A DNA stretch of 64,000 nt from Lachnospiraceae bacterium (GCA_963657245.1 CAVKLJ010000007.1:6519-70518), one strand, 5' to 3'. Counted from the stretch's first letter, positions 27,510 to 38,219 are shown. Translations and numbers: made by a program. The notes: generated from the sequence alone by a model not told the origin.

Positions 27510-29063
27510 TTATTTTCCTTTCTTCACTGGGGAATAAACAAATTTATTTTTGAATTGCAATTTTTCATAATAGCCTTCTTGAGCTAATTTATCCATCGAA
27601 GTTCTGGCTGTTTCATATACGCACGAGGCAAATTCTTTATATTGTTGGATCGTGTAATATCTTCCTTGCGTGTTATGGTTTGCTAAGAAAGTCGCCTGTT
27701 TTTTGTTGAGATTTGGATTTGTCTCCAACAAATAACGAATATAATCTTTTCTTTCAGCTTTTGAAAGACCTTCTTCTATTTCTTTAGGTTGATGTTGCTC
27801 ATCCTTTAGCTGAGTAATCACCTTAACTTGAGGCTTTTCTATTGGCTTTTCTTCGATTATTTTGACTTCAGGAGCCGGTTTTTCTACTTCAACTTCTTTG
27901 ATTTCTTCTATTTGAGGTTCAGGAATTTCTTCTTTGATTTCTTCGATTTCTTCCTTTTGCTCTTCTTTGACTTCTTCATGATCATCAAGGAAAGAAAGCT
28001 GGGTAGGCTTGCTAACTGGCTCATCTACCGTTTTATTCGCGATTTTTTCTTCCTCTTCGGAGAGATAAGAATATTCCTTTTTGTATTGAGAAATCCTAAG
28101 CTCCTTTAGCTGATTTGTAACGTTATCGATATAGGGTGTCATAACGTTTATGGCTTCGAATATCGCATAAGTTAGATCGCAACGTGTTTTGCTTTCGCGA
28201 TAAGCTTCAGAATTTAAGAATGAATCTCTAAGCAAAAGTTCAAATGGCAAGGCAAACGCTTCGCTGATTCCAATAGATGATGCGATTGTTTCTTTTGCGA
28301 GCAAAGAAGCAACTAAGGAGTTTCTTTGCATGAAAGGTTTCACGTAGTTTAGATAATGGAAAGCTAGATAGGCACGAACAAAAGAAGGCACGCCATTTTC
28401 ACTGTTGTTTAGCCATTCCATAAAAGTGCTCATCAATTCTTCAATCAAATCAGAAGGAGCATATGGGTAATCAGGATCTCTGATATAAGCTAAATGGCTG
28501 ACTCTGTTATCAAAGTCTTTTTCGCGGTAGAAATCCACCAATTCCTCTTGTCCAAGGGTCTTTTGATAGGCGCCAGCTAAGAAATCTTCATCTGGATAGG
28601 CCGGGCTTTGATCAAGATAATAATCCAAAGCAGAAAGGTAATTGACGATTGCCGTATGGTTTGAATCATTTTCTTGATATAAGGAATTCAATAACATCTT
28701 AATCGATAAATCATTGATTGTAGATTTCTCAAGAGAAGCCGCTTCTTTTAGAAGAGGAGTAAACAAAATCGAACGAGTTTCTTTGCCGTTTGTTAATAAC
28801 ATCGATCTTGAAAGATTCAAAAAGTCTTTGATTTTACTTTCGAAATTAGCGATTTTGATACGGATTGGTTCGGTTAAGGTTATGAAGTATAACTGCCCTT
28901 TTATCTTACCGAAAGGCAAAGTGTATTTATGTTGTTCACGATAGGTAATAATCTGTTTCCAGAAATCATCGTAAACAACCATATGCAAACTCTTTCCAAC
29001 TTGCGCTGGTGTTGCATAAACCTCATCTGTAAATTTAATCGCAATATTTGTTGGATTAACCAT
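27510..29063 (-). CDS. Fic-like domain protein with degenerate active-site motif, Glu/Lys/Pro/Ile-rich linker and C-terminal winged-helix-like domain
   Basis: AFHYLNYVKPFMQRNSLVASLLAKE aligns to the Fic core (fH..f..IHPFxDGNGRxxRll), but the His and the GNGR are replaced. The linker is EEIEEIKEEIPEPQIEEIKEVEVEKP. The C-terminus YTIQQYKEFASCVYETARTSMDKLAQEGY resembles Fic C-terminal wHTH domains. Confidence 0.5.
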   Translation of the reverse strand: MVNPTNIAIKFTDEVYATPAQVGKSLHMVVYDDFWKQIITYREQHKYTLPFGKIKGQLYFITLTEPIRIKIANFESKIKDFLNLSRSMLLTNGKETRSILFTPLLKEAASLEKSTINDLSIKMLLNSLYQENDSNHTAIVNYLSALDYYLDQSPAYPDEDFLAGAYQKTLGQEELVDFYREKDFDNRVSHLAYIRDPDYPYAPSDLIEELMSTFMEWLNNSENGVPSFVRAYLAFHYLNYVKPFMQRNSLVASLLAKETIASSIGISEAFALPFELLLRDSFLNSEAYRESKTRCDLTYAIFEAINVMTPYIDNVTNQLKELRISQYKKEYSYLSEEEEKIANKTVDEPVSKPTQLSFLDDHEEVKEEQKEEIEEIKEEIPEPQIEEIKEVEVEKPAPEVKIIEEKPIEKPQVKVITQLKDEQHQPKEIEEGLSKAERKDYIRYLLETNPNLNKKQATFLANHNTQGRYYTIQQYKEFASCVYETARTSMDKLAQEGYYEKLQFKNKFVYSPVKKGK

Positions 29064-29141
29064 AGAGATATTATAAACGAGTCTTTAATAAAAGTAACTA
29101 GAAAACTACTAAAAACATCTATTTAAACAAAGTTTAAAGTT

Positions 29142-30965
29142 TTAATTGCCAGTTTCGTCATCAAGCGATAAAACAGCCATGAAAGCTTCTTGAGGCACTT
29201 CAACCGAACCAATTTGTTTCATGCGTTTCTTGCCTTCTTTTTGCTTTTCAAGAAGTTTCTTCTTTCTTGAGATGTCTCCGCCATAACACTTAGCCAAAAC
29301 ATCTTTTCTAACTGACTTGATTGTTGATCTAGCGATGATCTTACCGCCTATTGCCGCTTGAACAGGGACTTCGAATTGTTGCTTAGGGATTATTTCTTTT
29401 AGGCGCGAAACTATTTTGATGCCTCTATCATAGGCGAATGGCCTATAAACGATCGATGATAAAGCGTCGATTTTATCACCATTTAAAAGAATATCCATCT
29501 TTGATAATTCGCTTGCGTGGTATCCCTCTATTTGATAATCAAGGGAGGCATAGCCTTTAGAAATAGATTTAAGTTTGTCAAAGAAATTGAAGATGATTTC
29601 ACTTAAAGGCAAAGAGTATTTAACTACTTGTCTAGTGTCATCGAAATAGATCAAATCTTGATAAATTCCCCTTCTTTCTTGGCAAAGTTGCATAATTGGC
29701 CCAACATATTCTTTTGGGGTCATTATTTCTGCATCGACAAAAGGCTCTTCAATTGATTTTATTTTCGATGCGTCAGGCATTTCAGAAGGATTATCAATCA
29801 TCTTTGAGGTTCCATCAGATAGATTCAGCCTATATTTGACGGAAGGTGCAGTTAAGATGAGATTGAGATTATATTCACGCTCCAAACGTTCTTGAATAAC
29901 GTCCATGTGCAATAATCCTAAGAAGCCAACGCGGAAGCCGAAGCCTAAGGCTTCAGATGATTCTGGCTCATAAGTTAAGGAAGAATCGTTTAAAGAAAGC
30001 TTAGCCAATGCTTCTTTTAAATCATTGTATTTTTGAGAATCAACTGGGTATAAACCGCAATAAACCATTGGATTTATCTTTCGATAACCAGGTAATGGTG
30101 ATGAAGCGGGATTGCTAGCTAATGTAATTGTTTCGCCAGGGAAAACGTCTTTTATGTCTTTGATGGTCGCACATAGGTAACCAACTTCCCCTGCATCCAG
30201 TTCGTTAACTGGCAAATCTTTTGGCGTTCTAATCCCTAATTCTGTTACCGTATAACGTTTTCCAGATTGCATAAGTAAGATTTCGTCGCCTATTTTTACT
30301 TTGCCTTCTTTTATGCGCATCAAAACAACTACGCCTCTATAGGAATCGTAGTAACTATCGAATATTAAGGCTTTTAATGGAGAAGAAGCTTCTCCTTCTG
30401 GTGGAGGAATAAGCTCAACGACTTTTTCAAGCATTTCAGGCACGCCTTGTCCGGTTTTTGCCGAAACAAGCGATATATCAGTGACTGAAAGGCCGAGTTT
30501 TTCTTCGATTTCTTTCTCGGCATTAGGGACGTCTGAACTTGGCAAGTCTATTTTGTTGATAACTGGCAAAATCATTAAGTCGTTATCAATTGCTAAGTAA
30601 GCATTTGCTAAGGTTTGAGCTTGTACGCCTTGTGTGGCGTCAACGAGCAAAAGAGCGCCTTCGCAAGCTGCTAAAGAGCGTGATACTTCATATGTGAAGT
30701 CAACATGCCCTGGGGTATCAATCAAATTGAATATATATTCTTCGCCATTTTTCGCTTTATAAGTTACAGTAACGGCATTTAATTTGATCGTGATTCCTCT
30801 TTCTTGTTCAAGAGGCATGCTATCAAGCATTTGTTCGGATAAGTTTCTTTTATCCACTGCGCCAGTCTCTTCGAGGATTCGGTCACATAATGTGCTTTTT
30901 CCGTGGTCGATATGGGCGATTACTGAGAAATTTCTAATGTGTGATTTATCAAAAGGCATAAGCAA
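29142..30965 (-). CDS. lepA: Elongation factor 4 (LepA)
   Basis: [30 protein letters not shown] and the LepA-specific C-terminal domain. Confidence 0.96.
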   Translation of the reverse strand: MLMPFDKSHIRNFSVIAHIDHGKSTLCDRILEETGAVDKRNLSEQMLDSMPLEQERGITIKLNAVTVTYKAKNGEEYIFNLIDTPGHVDFTYEVSRSLAACEGALLLVDATQGVQAQTLANAYLAIDNDLMILPVINKIDLPSSDVPNAEKEIEEKLGLSVTDISLVSAKTGQGVPEMLEKVVELIPPPEGEASSPLKALIFDSYYDSYRGVVVLMRIKEGKVKIGDEILLMQSGKRYTVTELGIRTPKDLPVNELDAGEVGYLCATIKDIKDVFPGETITLASNPASSPLPGYRKINPMVYCGLYPVDSQKYNDLKEALAKLSLNDSSLTYEPESSEALGFGFRVGFLGLLHMDVIQERLEREYNLNLILTAPSVKYRLNLSDGTSKMIDNPSEMPDASKIKSIEEPFVDAEIMTPKEYVGPIMQLCQERRGIYQDLIYFDDTRQVVKYSLPLSEIIFNFFDKLKSISKGYASLDYQIEGYHASELSKMDILLNGDKIDALSSIVYRPFAYDRGIKIVSRLKEIIPKQQFEVPVQAAIGGKIIARSTIKSVRKDVLAKCYGGDISRKKKLLEKQKEGKKRMKQIGSVEVPQEAFMAVLSLDDETGN

Positions 30966-30979
30966 TTTAAGATTATATT

Positions 30980-33340
30980 CTATTTGGATTTATTTCGATA
31001 GAAAGAAGATAAAGATTCCTTTATCTCTTCTTTTGAACGGACGATTTCATAGCCTTTCCATGTTCTTGCGAAAAGTTTTTGATAGTCTTCTTCAACGTAT
31101 CTTTCATCAATTAAAAGTGCGCTGCCAACGTCATTTTCGCTACGTATTAGCCTTCCAACCGCTTGCATGACCTTGTTCATTCCTGGATTCATGTAGGCAT
31201 ATTGGAAGCCTTCGCCATTCTTCTTTTCGTAATAGTCCCTTAATAAATCCACTTCTGGAGATACTTGAGGTAAGCCAATTCCCACGACTGCTACCCCTAT
31301 TAATCTGTCGCTAGGCAAGTCTATTCCTTCGCTAAAAGAACCGCCAATGATTAATAATCCAACAGTTGTCTTTTTTGGATTAGAAAGGAATCGGGATAGA
31401 AACAATTCTTTTTCCATATCTGTCATGTCACGCTCTTGAGTGTAAACGTTGGCATTGGAAAAATGTAGGCATTTCTTGATCTTGTCTAAATATTCGTATG
31501 ATGGGAAATAAATGAAATAATTGCCTTTCTTTCCTTTTACAAAAGTTGATAAATAATCAGCAACATCTTGATACGTTTTTTCGCGGTTTTTGTAACGTAT
31601 CGAAAGATTTGGCGCGATCATCAAATGGAAATTTTCTCTAGGGAAAGGCGAGGTTAAAGCTAAATATGGCGAGGAAGCGTCACCTAAAATCGACTCCATG
31701 TAGTAGTTTATCGGTGATAAAGTTGCCGAAAAGATGGCTGCCCCTTTAACCCTAGAAAAGTCTTCTTTTAGATAAGGCGAAGGGTCTAACGATTGGAGAT
31801 GAAGTTCCACTTCTTTGTCATAACGAACAAAAGAATAAATAATTGAGTTCTTTGAATAATCTTCTAATAGAGACAAGAAACGGTAGACCTTTCTTGATAG
31901 ATCGTTAACCTTTTCATCGAAATGCTGTTCTTTTGTTTCTTCCTTGCTTGATGTTGATTCTTTGAATTTTACGAGGTTTTTGTATATTTCATCATCGAGT
32001 TTTTCGTATGTGACAAAGCGGTTTTCGTTTTCTTTTAAGACGGAGATTGACTTAGCTAGTTTTTTCAAGGTCTTTTTGGCTTTGGTAAAAAGAGAGCCAC
32101 CTTGTCCTAAAGTGCTCATAGCATCGTGAATTTCTTTAGTTGAGATTGTCTCACTAAACATATCTTTTGCACGAGATGGAAGATTATGTGCTTCGTCAAC
32201 TAGAATGATATAGTTTGATGGATCGGCTTCATCAGAAAAATACCTCTCTAGTTTTACTAATGGGTCGAAAAAGTAGTTATAATCGCAAATAATGACGTCG
32301 CTGAGCAAAGATAAATCCAATTGAAGTTCAAATGGGCACATCTGATATTCATTGGCAATTTCAATGATTTTATCTGGGCTGTATCTATTGTTTTCTTGGC
32401 TTTCTTTTTCGATTACTTTTCTAAGTTTTTCATAATAGTCGATGGTATATGGACATTCATCAGGATTGCAGCTTTTTTCTCTTGAAAAACATATTTTTTC
32501 TTTGGCTACGAGTAATGAGTCTCTTCCTATGTAGCCTTTTTTGTAACATGCAGTAAGAGCGTCGTAACACGTTTGCCTTCCGGATGTTTTTGCAGTTAGA
32601 TAAAAAATCTTGGAATTTGAACTCTTGGCAAAGCTTTTTAATGCCGGATATATCGTTGAAATGGTTTTTCCTATCCCTGTTGGCGCCTCAAAGAAGAAAA
32701 TTCCGCCCTTTTTAGCAACTGTATAGACGTATTTCGCCACTTCTCTTTGGCCTTTGCGGAATTCATCATAAGGGAAAGGTAAAGAAGCGACTGAGGCGTT
32801 TCGCTCTATATAATGCTTAACTGTCGCTTTTTCGTAGGAAAGGTATCTATCTATTAAGGAAATAACGTATTCTTCGAGTTCTTCGAAACCAAAACATTTC
32901 TCTTTGACCATCTTCTTGTCAAAGTTCATTTGAGAAATGTAGGTTAAACGTACTCCACAGCGAGTAATGCCATTCATTTTCGAATAAAGATAGGCATAAC
33001 ATTTAGCTTGGCCAAAATGCCACTCGCTTTGCTTGTTATAAAAATCATCTAGCGGAGAAACGGTTGATTTTATCTCATCAATTATAGGATTTATGCCACC
33101 TATAATGATTCCATCGGCCCTGCCTTCGAGGTGAATTAAATAGTCATCTTTTTCAATATCTCCTTCAAGAGGAACTTCGGATAGATACTCTTTGCCTTGC
33201 TTTTTCTGATATGCAGAATGGATTTTCGTCCCAAGTTGCATTGTTTCCTGGTTATAGACACGGTTATCAATGTCACCTTGGCGTAGCAAAAAATCAACTA
33301 GTTCGTGAACGGATAAATTAAGGTGTTTTTTCTCACTCAT
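30980..33340 (-). CDS. Fusion of an N-terminal PD-(D/E)XK (RecB/AddB-like) nuclease domain to an Fe-S DinG/XPD-family DNA helicase
   Basis: Nuclease: GRADGII...IDEIKST...QAKCYAYLY. Helicase: EAPTGIGKT (motif I), a Cys cluster ([15 protein letters not shown]...MCPFE) between motifs I and II, VDEAHNL (DEAH), and C-terminal [10 protein letters not shown]. Confidence 0.7.
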   Translation of the reverse strand: MSEKKHLNLSVHELVDFLLRQGDIDNRVYNQETMQLGTKIHSAYQKKQGKEYLSEVPLEGDIEKDDYLIHLEGRADGIIIGGINPIIDEIKSTVSPLDDFYNKQSEWHFGQAKCYAYLYSKMNGITRCGVRLTYISQMNFDKKMVKEKCFGFEELEEYVISLIDRYLSYEKATVKHYIERNASVASLPFPYDEFRKGQREVAKYVYTVAKKGGIFFFEAPTGIGKTISTIYPALKSFAKSSNSKIFYLTAKTSGRQTCYDALTACYKKGYIGRDSLLVAKEKICFSREKSCNPDECPYTIDYYEKLRKVIEKESQENNRYSPDKIIEIANEYQMCPFELQLDLSLLSDVIICDYNYFFDPLVKLERYFSDEADPSNYIILVDEAHNLPSRAKDMFSETISTKEIHDAMSTLGQGGSLFTKAKKTLKKLAKSISVLKENENRFVTYEKLDDEIYKNLVKFKESTSSKEETKEQHFDEKVNDLSRKVYRFLSLLEDYSKNSIIYSFVRYDKEVELHLQSLDPSPYLKEDFSRVKGAAIFSATLSPINYYMESILGDASSPYLALTSPFPRENFHLMIAPNLSIRYKNREKTYQDVADYLSTFVKGKKGNYFIYFPSYEYLDKIKKCLHFSNANVYTQERDMTDMEKELFLSRFLSNPKKTTVGLLIIGGSFSEGIDLPSDRLIGVAVVGIGLPQVSPEVDLLRDYYEKKNGEGFQYAYMNPGMNKVMQAVGRLIRSENDVGSALLIDERYVEEDYQKLFARTWKGYEIVRSKEEIKESLSSFYRNKSK

Positions 33341-34284
33341 TAGAAGACTTTCTCGCCATCCTTATCGATTCTTGCGCCATTTAAGAAAGAGGACGCGTCC
33401 ATTTTCTTTTTACCTTCAAATTGAACGTCTTTCAAAAGAAGAGAACCATAACTAGTTCCTAAATAAAGTTTGCCTTTTATTGGTTTTAAAAGGCCTTCTT
33501 CAATCTTTAAATCATTGGAGATTTCCGAAGAATAAATCTTTAGTTTCTTTTCGCGGAAAATGACGTAAGCGCCTGGATTTTCGGCAAGTCCACGGATATA
33601 TGCGTTCATTTCTTTTGAGGAAATATTCAAAGGGAGTTTTTCGTTTTCTGGAAGGATTTTTTGAGCGAATGTTGCCTCTTCTTCTTTTTGGGGAATGCCA
33701 ACTAATTCGTCATTAACGTATCTTAAAAGATCGGAAACAATCATTTCAGCGGCCACATCACTCATTTTGCTTGTTAAAGTCGTGTAATTATCGGTTTCTT
33801 CGATAACGATTTCACGTTTATCGTACATTCGTCCAGCGTCCATCTTTTCAGCCATTTCCATCAAGGTAACGCCAGTTACTTTCTCGCCGTTCATAATCGA
33901 CCTTTGAATTGGTGCGGCACCTCTTAATTTTGGCAAGAGAGAACCATGGAGATTTATGGCCTTTTTTGGAGCCAAATCTATAAATTCCATCGGAACAATT
34001 TGTCCATAGGCCATACAAACGATTACATCGAAGTCTAAATTTCTAGCAAAGGAAAAATCCTTTCTTATTCTATGAGGTTGAAAAACAGGAATATTCGCTT
34101 TTAATGCCAATTTCTTAATTGGCGGAACTTCTATTTGGTTTCCACCTCTTCCGCCGGCTTTGTCTTCTTGACAAACAACTCCAACGATGTTGAATCCGTT
34201 TTGAATTAAAGAAAGCAATGGCTTTACCGCAATGCTTGGCGTTCCGAGAAATAGAACCTTAACATCTTGATTTTTTGAATACAT
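33340..34284 (-). CDS. fmt: Methionyl-tRNA formyltransferase
   Basis: FLGTP...NLHGSLLPKLRGAAPIQRSIMNGE motif and a C-terminal OB-like domain. Confidence 0.93.
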   Translation of the reverse strand: MYSKNQDVKVLFLGTPSIAVKPLLSLIQNGFNIVGVVCQEDKAGGRGGNQIEVPPIKKLALKANIPVFQPHRIRKDFSFARNLDFDVIVCMAYGQIVPMEFIDLAPKKAINLHGSLLPKLRGAAPIQRSIMNGEKVTGVTLMEMAEKMDAGRMYDKREIVIEETDNYTTLTSKMSDVAAEMIVSDLLRYVNDELVGIPQKEEEATFAQKILPENEKLPLNISSKEMNAYIRGLAENPGAYVIFREKKLKIYSSEISNDLKIEEGLLKPIKGKLYLGTSYGSLLLKDVQFEGKKKMDASSFLNGARIDKDGEKVF

Positions 34285-34372
34285 TTTTTGCCTCCTTTAT
34301 TCACTTAGCGAATTTCTTAATGATTTAAACGCTTATTATTTTAATGTTAAAATAACCCTTATGAGGTAGAAC

Positions 34373-36400
34373 ATGTCAAATTATAGCGAAAAAGATTGCC
34401 AAAAGTTCATTAATCAATACGAAAGTCTCCTTGAGACATCGATGACTCTTAAAGATATATACGAAAATTTCACGACAAAACACGCGAAGGAAAAATGCTG
34501 TATATATTTCGATGAGGATGATAAAAAGAGAACTTACACTTATGCAAAATATAAAGATAACGTCTGGTTTTTAGCCAAACGTCTTTCCACTTTGCTTTCG
34601 GGAATTCCCGCTGGCAGCGTGGTTGGTTTAAAACTTAAAAATAGCCCTCTTTGGCCATTGATGTTTTGGGCGATATTAATGACGGGACATCCGGTTTTGT
34701 TAATAGCCGCAAATTTAAAACACGAAAATGCTGAAAATCTATTAGTTGATGCAAAAGCTCAAGCAATCATTGCTAACGAAGAAGAGCCTTATTCCATCCC
34801 GACATATCGCGTCAACAGCGTGCGTAACGCCGATGAAAATAACTATTTCACCGCCAATTGGGCAAATGAGGTCCTTTTCTGTTCATCTGGCACCACTGGT
34901 AATATCAAAATAATGGTAATGGATGGGGAAAACCTCACTTATCAAATTGCTGCAGCCGCTAATATTCCATCGAACGGAAATTCACTTATGCACCCAGGTA
35001 AAATAAGAATTTTAGCAATGATCCCGTTTCACCATATCTTTGGTTTTGTCGCGGTTTTATTGTGGTTTAGTTTCTACGGAAAGACCCTTGTATACCCAAA
35101 TTCTTCCTCCTCAAGAGATTTACTAAAAGCAATCAAAAAAGGATCTTGTACCCATGTATTCTCCGTGCCTATTTTCTGGGATGGGGTCGCGCAACAGCTA
35201 CAACGCACCTCTTCTCAACAAAAACAATCTAAACAAGAATTAATCAAGCGCATGCTTGCTTATAACAATCATCAGATATCTAAAGAGGAAGCTGGTTTTG
35301 CCTCTACTTCCATTTTTAGAAATGTTTTGCAAAATAAACTCTTTGGAACTCAGGTTGAATTCTGTATTTCTGGCGGAGGTTATCTCTTGCCTAAAACCTC
35401 TTCAATGATCAATGGTCTTGGCTATCCACTAAATAATGGTTATGGAATGACGGAAATAGGCGTTACAAGCGTTGAACAGTCCAAAAAAGTTGAAAGAAGG
35501 CTTTTAGGATCGATTGGCAAACCGTTTGCTGGAATTGAATACAAGATCATACCTTCAAGCAAAGAAAATCAATTTGAAGGCGAACTTTGCGTTAAATCTA
35601 AAACAATCCATAAAGAGGAAATCATCAATGGAGTTCGTCAGAAAACCATTTTGGAAGATGGTTTTTATCGCACTGGCGATATTGCTTATCAAGATAAATC
35701 TGGACGTTTTTATATCAAAGGCCGTATTAAAGATACGATCATCAGTTCCAATGGGGAAAACGTTTATCCAGATGAAATAGAAAGTTACTTCCGCGACATA
35801 AAACATATTAACAACCTTGCCGTATTCGGACAAAGTCAAGATAACATGGAGAAAATCATCCTTGTCGTTGATCTTGAAAACAATGTTACTTCTGAAGATT
35901 TGCCAAAGATAAAGCAAGACATCGATTCAATCAATGCGACCTTACCTAACGAAAAACGCATTTCTGCGGTATATATCTATAAGAAAAACCTTCCAATTGC
36001 TAATAACATGAAAGTTAAACGCTTTGTTTTGAAAAACGAATTGAAGACCAATCAAAGCAATTTCATTTCTTTTGACGGCAACGAAATCAAAAAAGAAACG
36101 ATCTCCTTCGAAGGATATGACCAGAATGAAGTTAAGAAAGTAATGAACAAGGTTCGCAAATTGTTCTCCAAAACCCTCTATTTACCAGAATTTAAAATCG
36201 AGAACGATTCATCATGGGCTGATGATCTTGGTGGAGACTCAATGAGCTATGTAACAATGGTTCAAGAACTTAACTCAATATTCAAAATCTCCATTCCTAC
36301 GGATAAGTACGGAAAGTTGCTCACCGTTCAAGATTTCACCAAAGAAATTCTCGATATCACGAAAAAAAGCACAGAAAGTGATTTAAAGAACGAAAAATAG
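34373..36400 (+). CDS. Adenylate-forming enzyme (ANL superfamily) fused to a C-terminal phosphopantetheine carrier domain (A-T didomain)
   Basis: SSGTTGNIK (A3), GYGMTE (A5), YRTGDIAY...GRIKDTIISSNGENVYPDEIE (A7/A8), C-terminal MKVKRF Lys, then DLGGDSMSYVTMVQEL (carrier Ser motif). Confidence 0.75.
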   Translation: MSNYSEKDCQKFINQYESLLETSMTLKDIYENFTTKHAKEKCCIYFDEDDKKRTYTYAKYKDNVWFLAKRLSTLLSGIPAGSVVGLKLKNSPLWPLMFWAILMTGHPVLLIAANLKHENAENLLVDAKAQAIIANEEEPYSIPTYRVNSVRNADENNYFTANWANEVLFCSSGTTGNIKIMVMDGENLTYQIAAAANIPSNGNSLMHPGKIRILAMIPFHHIFGFVAVLLWFSFYGKTLVYPNSSSSRDLLKAIKKGSCTHVFSVPIFWDGVAQQLQRTSSQQKQSKQELIKRMLAYNNHQISKEEAGFASTSIFRNVLQNKLFGTQVEFCISGGGYLLPKTSSMINGLGYPLNNGYGMTEIGVTSVEQSKKVERRLLGSIGKPFAGIEYKIIPSSKENQFEGELCVKSKTIHKEEIINGVRQKTILEDGFYRTGDIAYQDKSGRFYIKGRIKDTIISSNGENVYPDEIESYFRDIKHINNLAVFGQSQDNMEKIILVVDLENNVTSEDLPKIKQDIDSINATLPNEKRISAVYIYKKNLPIANNMKVKRFVLKNELKTNQSNFISFDGNEIKKETISFEGYDQNEVKKVMNKVRKLFSKTLYLPEFKIENDSSWADDLGGDSMSYVTMVQELNSIFKISIPTDKYGKLLTVQDFTKEILDITKKSTESDLKNEK

Positions 36401-36464
36401 TTGTTTTAATCGGCATTTAAATGTAAAATCGTACACGCACAAGCGAAAAGGATAAAAATTATAT

Positions 36465-36725
36465 ATGGCAAACATCAAATCTCAAATCAAACGTATCGAA
36501 ATTGGCGAAAGAAATAATGCACACCACTCCGCCCGTAAGAGCGAAACACGTACTCAAATCAAGAAAGCCGAAGCTGCAATTGTTGCAAAGAACAAAGAAC
36601 AAGCAGTTATCGAAGTCAACAAGGCCGTTTCTCTTCTTGATAAACTTTCCCAAGACGGAATTATGTCTAAGAATGCTGCTAACCGCAAGAAAGCACATCT
36701 TCAAATCGCAGTCGCTGCATTATAA
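36465..36725 (+). CDS. rpsT: 30S ribosomal protein S20
   Basis: MANIKSQIKRI...N....K......IKK... pattern; 86 aa, basic and helical. Confidence 0.93.
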   Translation: MANIKSQIKRIEIGERNNAHHSARKSETRTQIKKAEAAIVAKNKEQAVIEVNKAVSLLDKLSQDGIMSKNAANRKKAHLQIAVAAL

Positions 36726-36743
36726 GTTTTCTAATTGATATTG

Positions 36744-36772
36744 AAAAAGCCCCATTAATTTGGGGCTTTTTG
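36744..36772 (+). terminator. Bidirectional rho-independent terminator between the convergent rpsT and phosphoesterase genes
   Basis: aaaa-agcccca-ttaatt-tggggct-ttttt. Confidence 0.8.
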
Positions 36773-36777
36773 ACTAT

Positions 36778-37224
36778 CTAGAGAGTCTTGAACTCAACCT
36801 TTACTTCTTCTTTATCTACATCAAGAACCATATATGAAGCAGATCCATCCCTAGGCCTTGTCAAAGATCCTGGGCAAAGAATATACATATCCCTATATTT
36901 TTTGTTTTCCTTTATGTGAGTGTGGCCATGGATGAAAATCTTAACGCCTTTATCATAAAGCTCATTTAGTTCGTCCTTATCGAATGCTGGATAATGCCTC
37001 ATATAAAGTTTTCCGTATGGAGTTAAAGCCCAATATTCTTTCAAAAAAGATGAAAAGGAATAATCGCAGTTTCCTTTAACGGCCGCAAAAGGAGAAATAT
37101 CCTCTCCTCCAAAAGCCTCAACGTCCCCAGCATGAAGATATAACGAAGCGCCATTTTCCACCATAGCAACTCTTTTTAATTCGTAAAAATCACCATGGGT
37201 GTCAGAAATAACCACTATTTTCAT
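36778..37224 (-). CDS. YfcE/MJ0936-family metallophosphoesterase
   Basis: ISDTHGD, GDV, GNCD and HGHTH motifs; 148 aa. The start overlaps the holA stop by 4 nt. Confidence 0.8.
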   Translation of the reverse strand: MKIVVISDTHGDFYELKRVAMVENGASLYLHAGDVEAFGGEDISPFAAVKGNCDYSFSSFLKEYWALTPYGKLYMRHYPAFDKDELNELYDKGVKIFIHGHTHIKENKKYRDMYILCPGSLTRPRDGSASYMVLDVDKEEVKVEFKTL

Positions 37225-38201
37225 ATTTCAAAATTAGCCACAAAGAGTTCGAAAGCCAATTTATCGTTCATTTTCCCTTGGAAAATGCTTAATTGGTAGG
37301 AATAAAGCTGATTTATGGCTCGATGCAAACAAGGAGCTGACATTTTACGAACGTTATAAAGAGAGGCTTTAACCCTTCCAAGAGAGCATTTCATTTTCTG
37401 CGAAATATCAAAAGCCTCAAGACCTCTTCGATTTAAGTATCTAATTTGATCAAGAAAAATGAATTGGTTAGATAGCATATTCATCAAAGGAATCGCGTTT
37501 GCTGTACTTCCTTTTACCCTCATATCTTTGAAGATGCTAAGAGCTTGTCTTTTATCTCCTCTTAATAAAGCGTTGGATAAAGCGAAAACATCATCTTCCA
37601 ATGGGGCAGAGACTAAGTTTTTCACCATTTCGAGAGTGATTTCTTCCCCATTTGCATATGCTAAAAGCTTATTACCTTCCTGAATAAAAAGAGAATAATC
37701 CCCATTTATCCTTTCGGATAGCTCCGTTATCGCTTCATCTTCTATCGAAGAACCTCTTTTTTTAAAGAATTGAGGAATAAATTGTTGCCATTGGCTTTCG
37801 TCAAATGATGCAACAGAAACGAATTTGGCTTCGCCTTCTTGCAAAGCCTTATAATATGCCGACTTTTCATCTAAGGAATCGGAATAAACCAAAATATAAA
37901 GATTGATTAACGGGTCGGGATGACGGAAAAAATCTAATAACGGCTCATCATCGTCACCTTTAAGGAGTTTTTTCTTTTCACGAGTTTTGGTTAAATAGAA
38001 GAAATTCTCCGCTATAACGGCTTTTTTATCATAACCTATAGGCAAAGATAAGCATTCATTAGATAAATCCAGCATTTTAGAAAAAGACATATCGACTGTA
38101 ACGTAGTTTAAGTCGTCATGCTCAGGAAGAACCTCTTTTATCATTCTTCCGAGAGGTCCTTTTAACATTCTAGATTGAGAAGAGAATAAAACCGTAATCA
38201 C
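37221..38201 (-). CDS. holA: DNA polymerase III delta subunit
   Basis: Size (326 aa), position after comEC as in B. subtilis (yqeN), and delta-like helical C-terminal domain pattern. The sequence itself is divergent. Confidence 0.7.
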   Translation of the reverse strand: MITVLFSSQSRMLKGPLGRMIKEVLPEHDDLNYVTVDMSFSKMLDLSNECLSLPIGYDKKAVIAENFFYLTKTREKKKLLKGDDDEPLLDFFRHPDPLINLYILVYSDSLDEKSAYYKALQEGEAKFVSVASFDESQWQQFIPQFFKKRGSSIEDEAITELSERINGDYSLFIQEGNKLLAYANGEEITLEMVKNLVSAPLEDDVFALSNALLRGDKRQALSIFKDMRVKGSTANAIPLMNMLSNQFIFLDQIRYLNRRGLEAFDISQKMKCSLGRVKASLYNVRKMSAPCLHRAINQLYSYQLSIFQGKMNDKLAFELFVANFEI

Positions 38202-38219
38202 AGAATTATTATAGTTAAA

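Noticed and set aside
27800-28010. The Glu/Lys/Ile-rich repeat in the Fic-like gene, and the similar acidic linker in ftsK (about 56000-56700), as tandem DNA repeats or CRISPR-like arrays
   Set aside because: They are imperfect low-complexity coding sequence within continuous ORFs, with no regular repeat-spacer periodicity.
36459-36738. ORFs of 78-81 aa antisense to, or frame-shifted within, rpsT (36459-36704 minus; 36502-36738 plus)
   Set aside because: They lie entirely inside a clearly recognisable S20 gene. They have no RBS or motif and show the composition expected from shadow frames of a Lys/Ala-rich gene.
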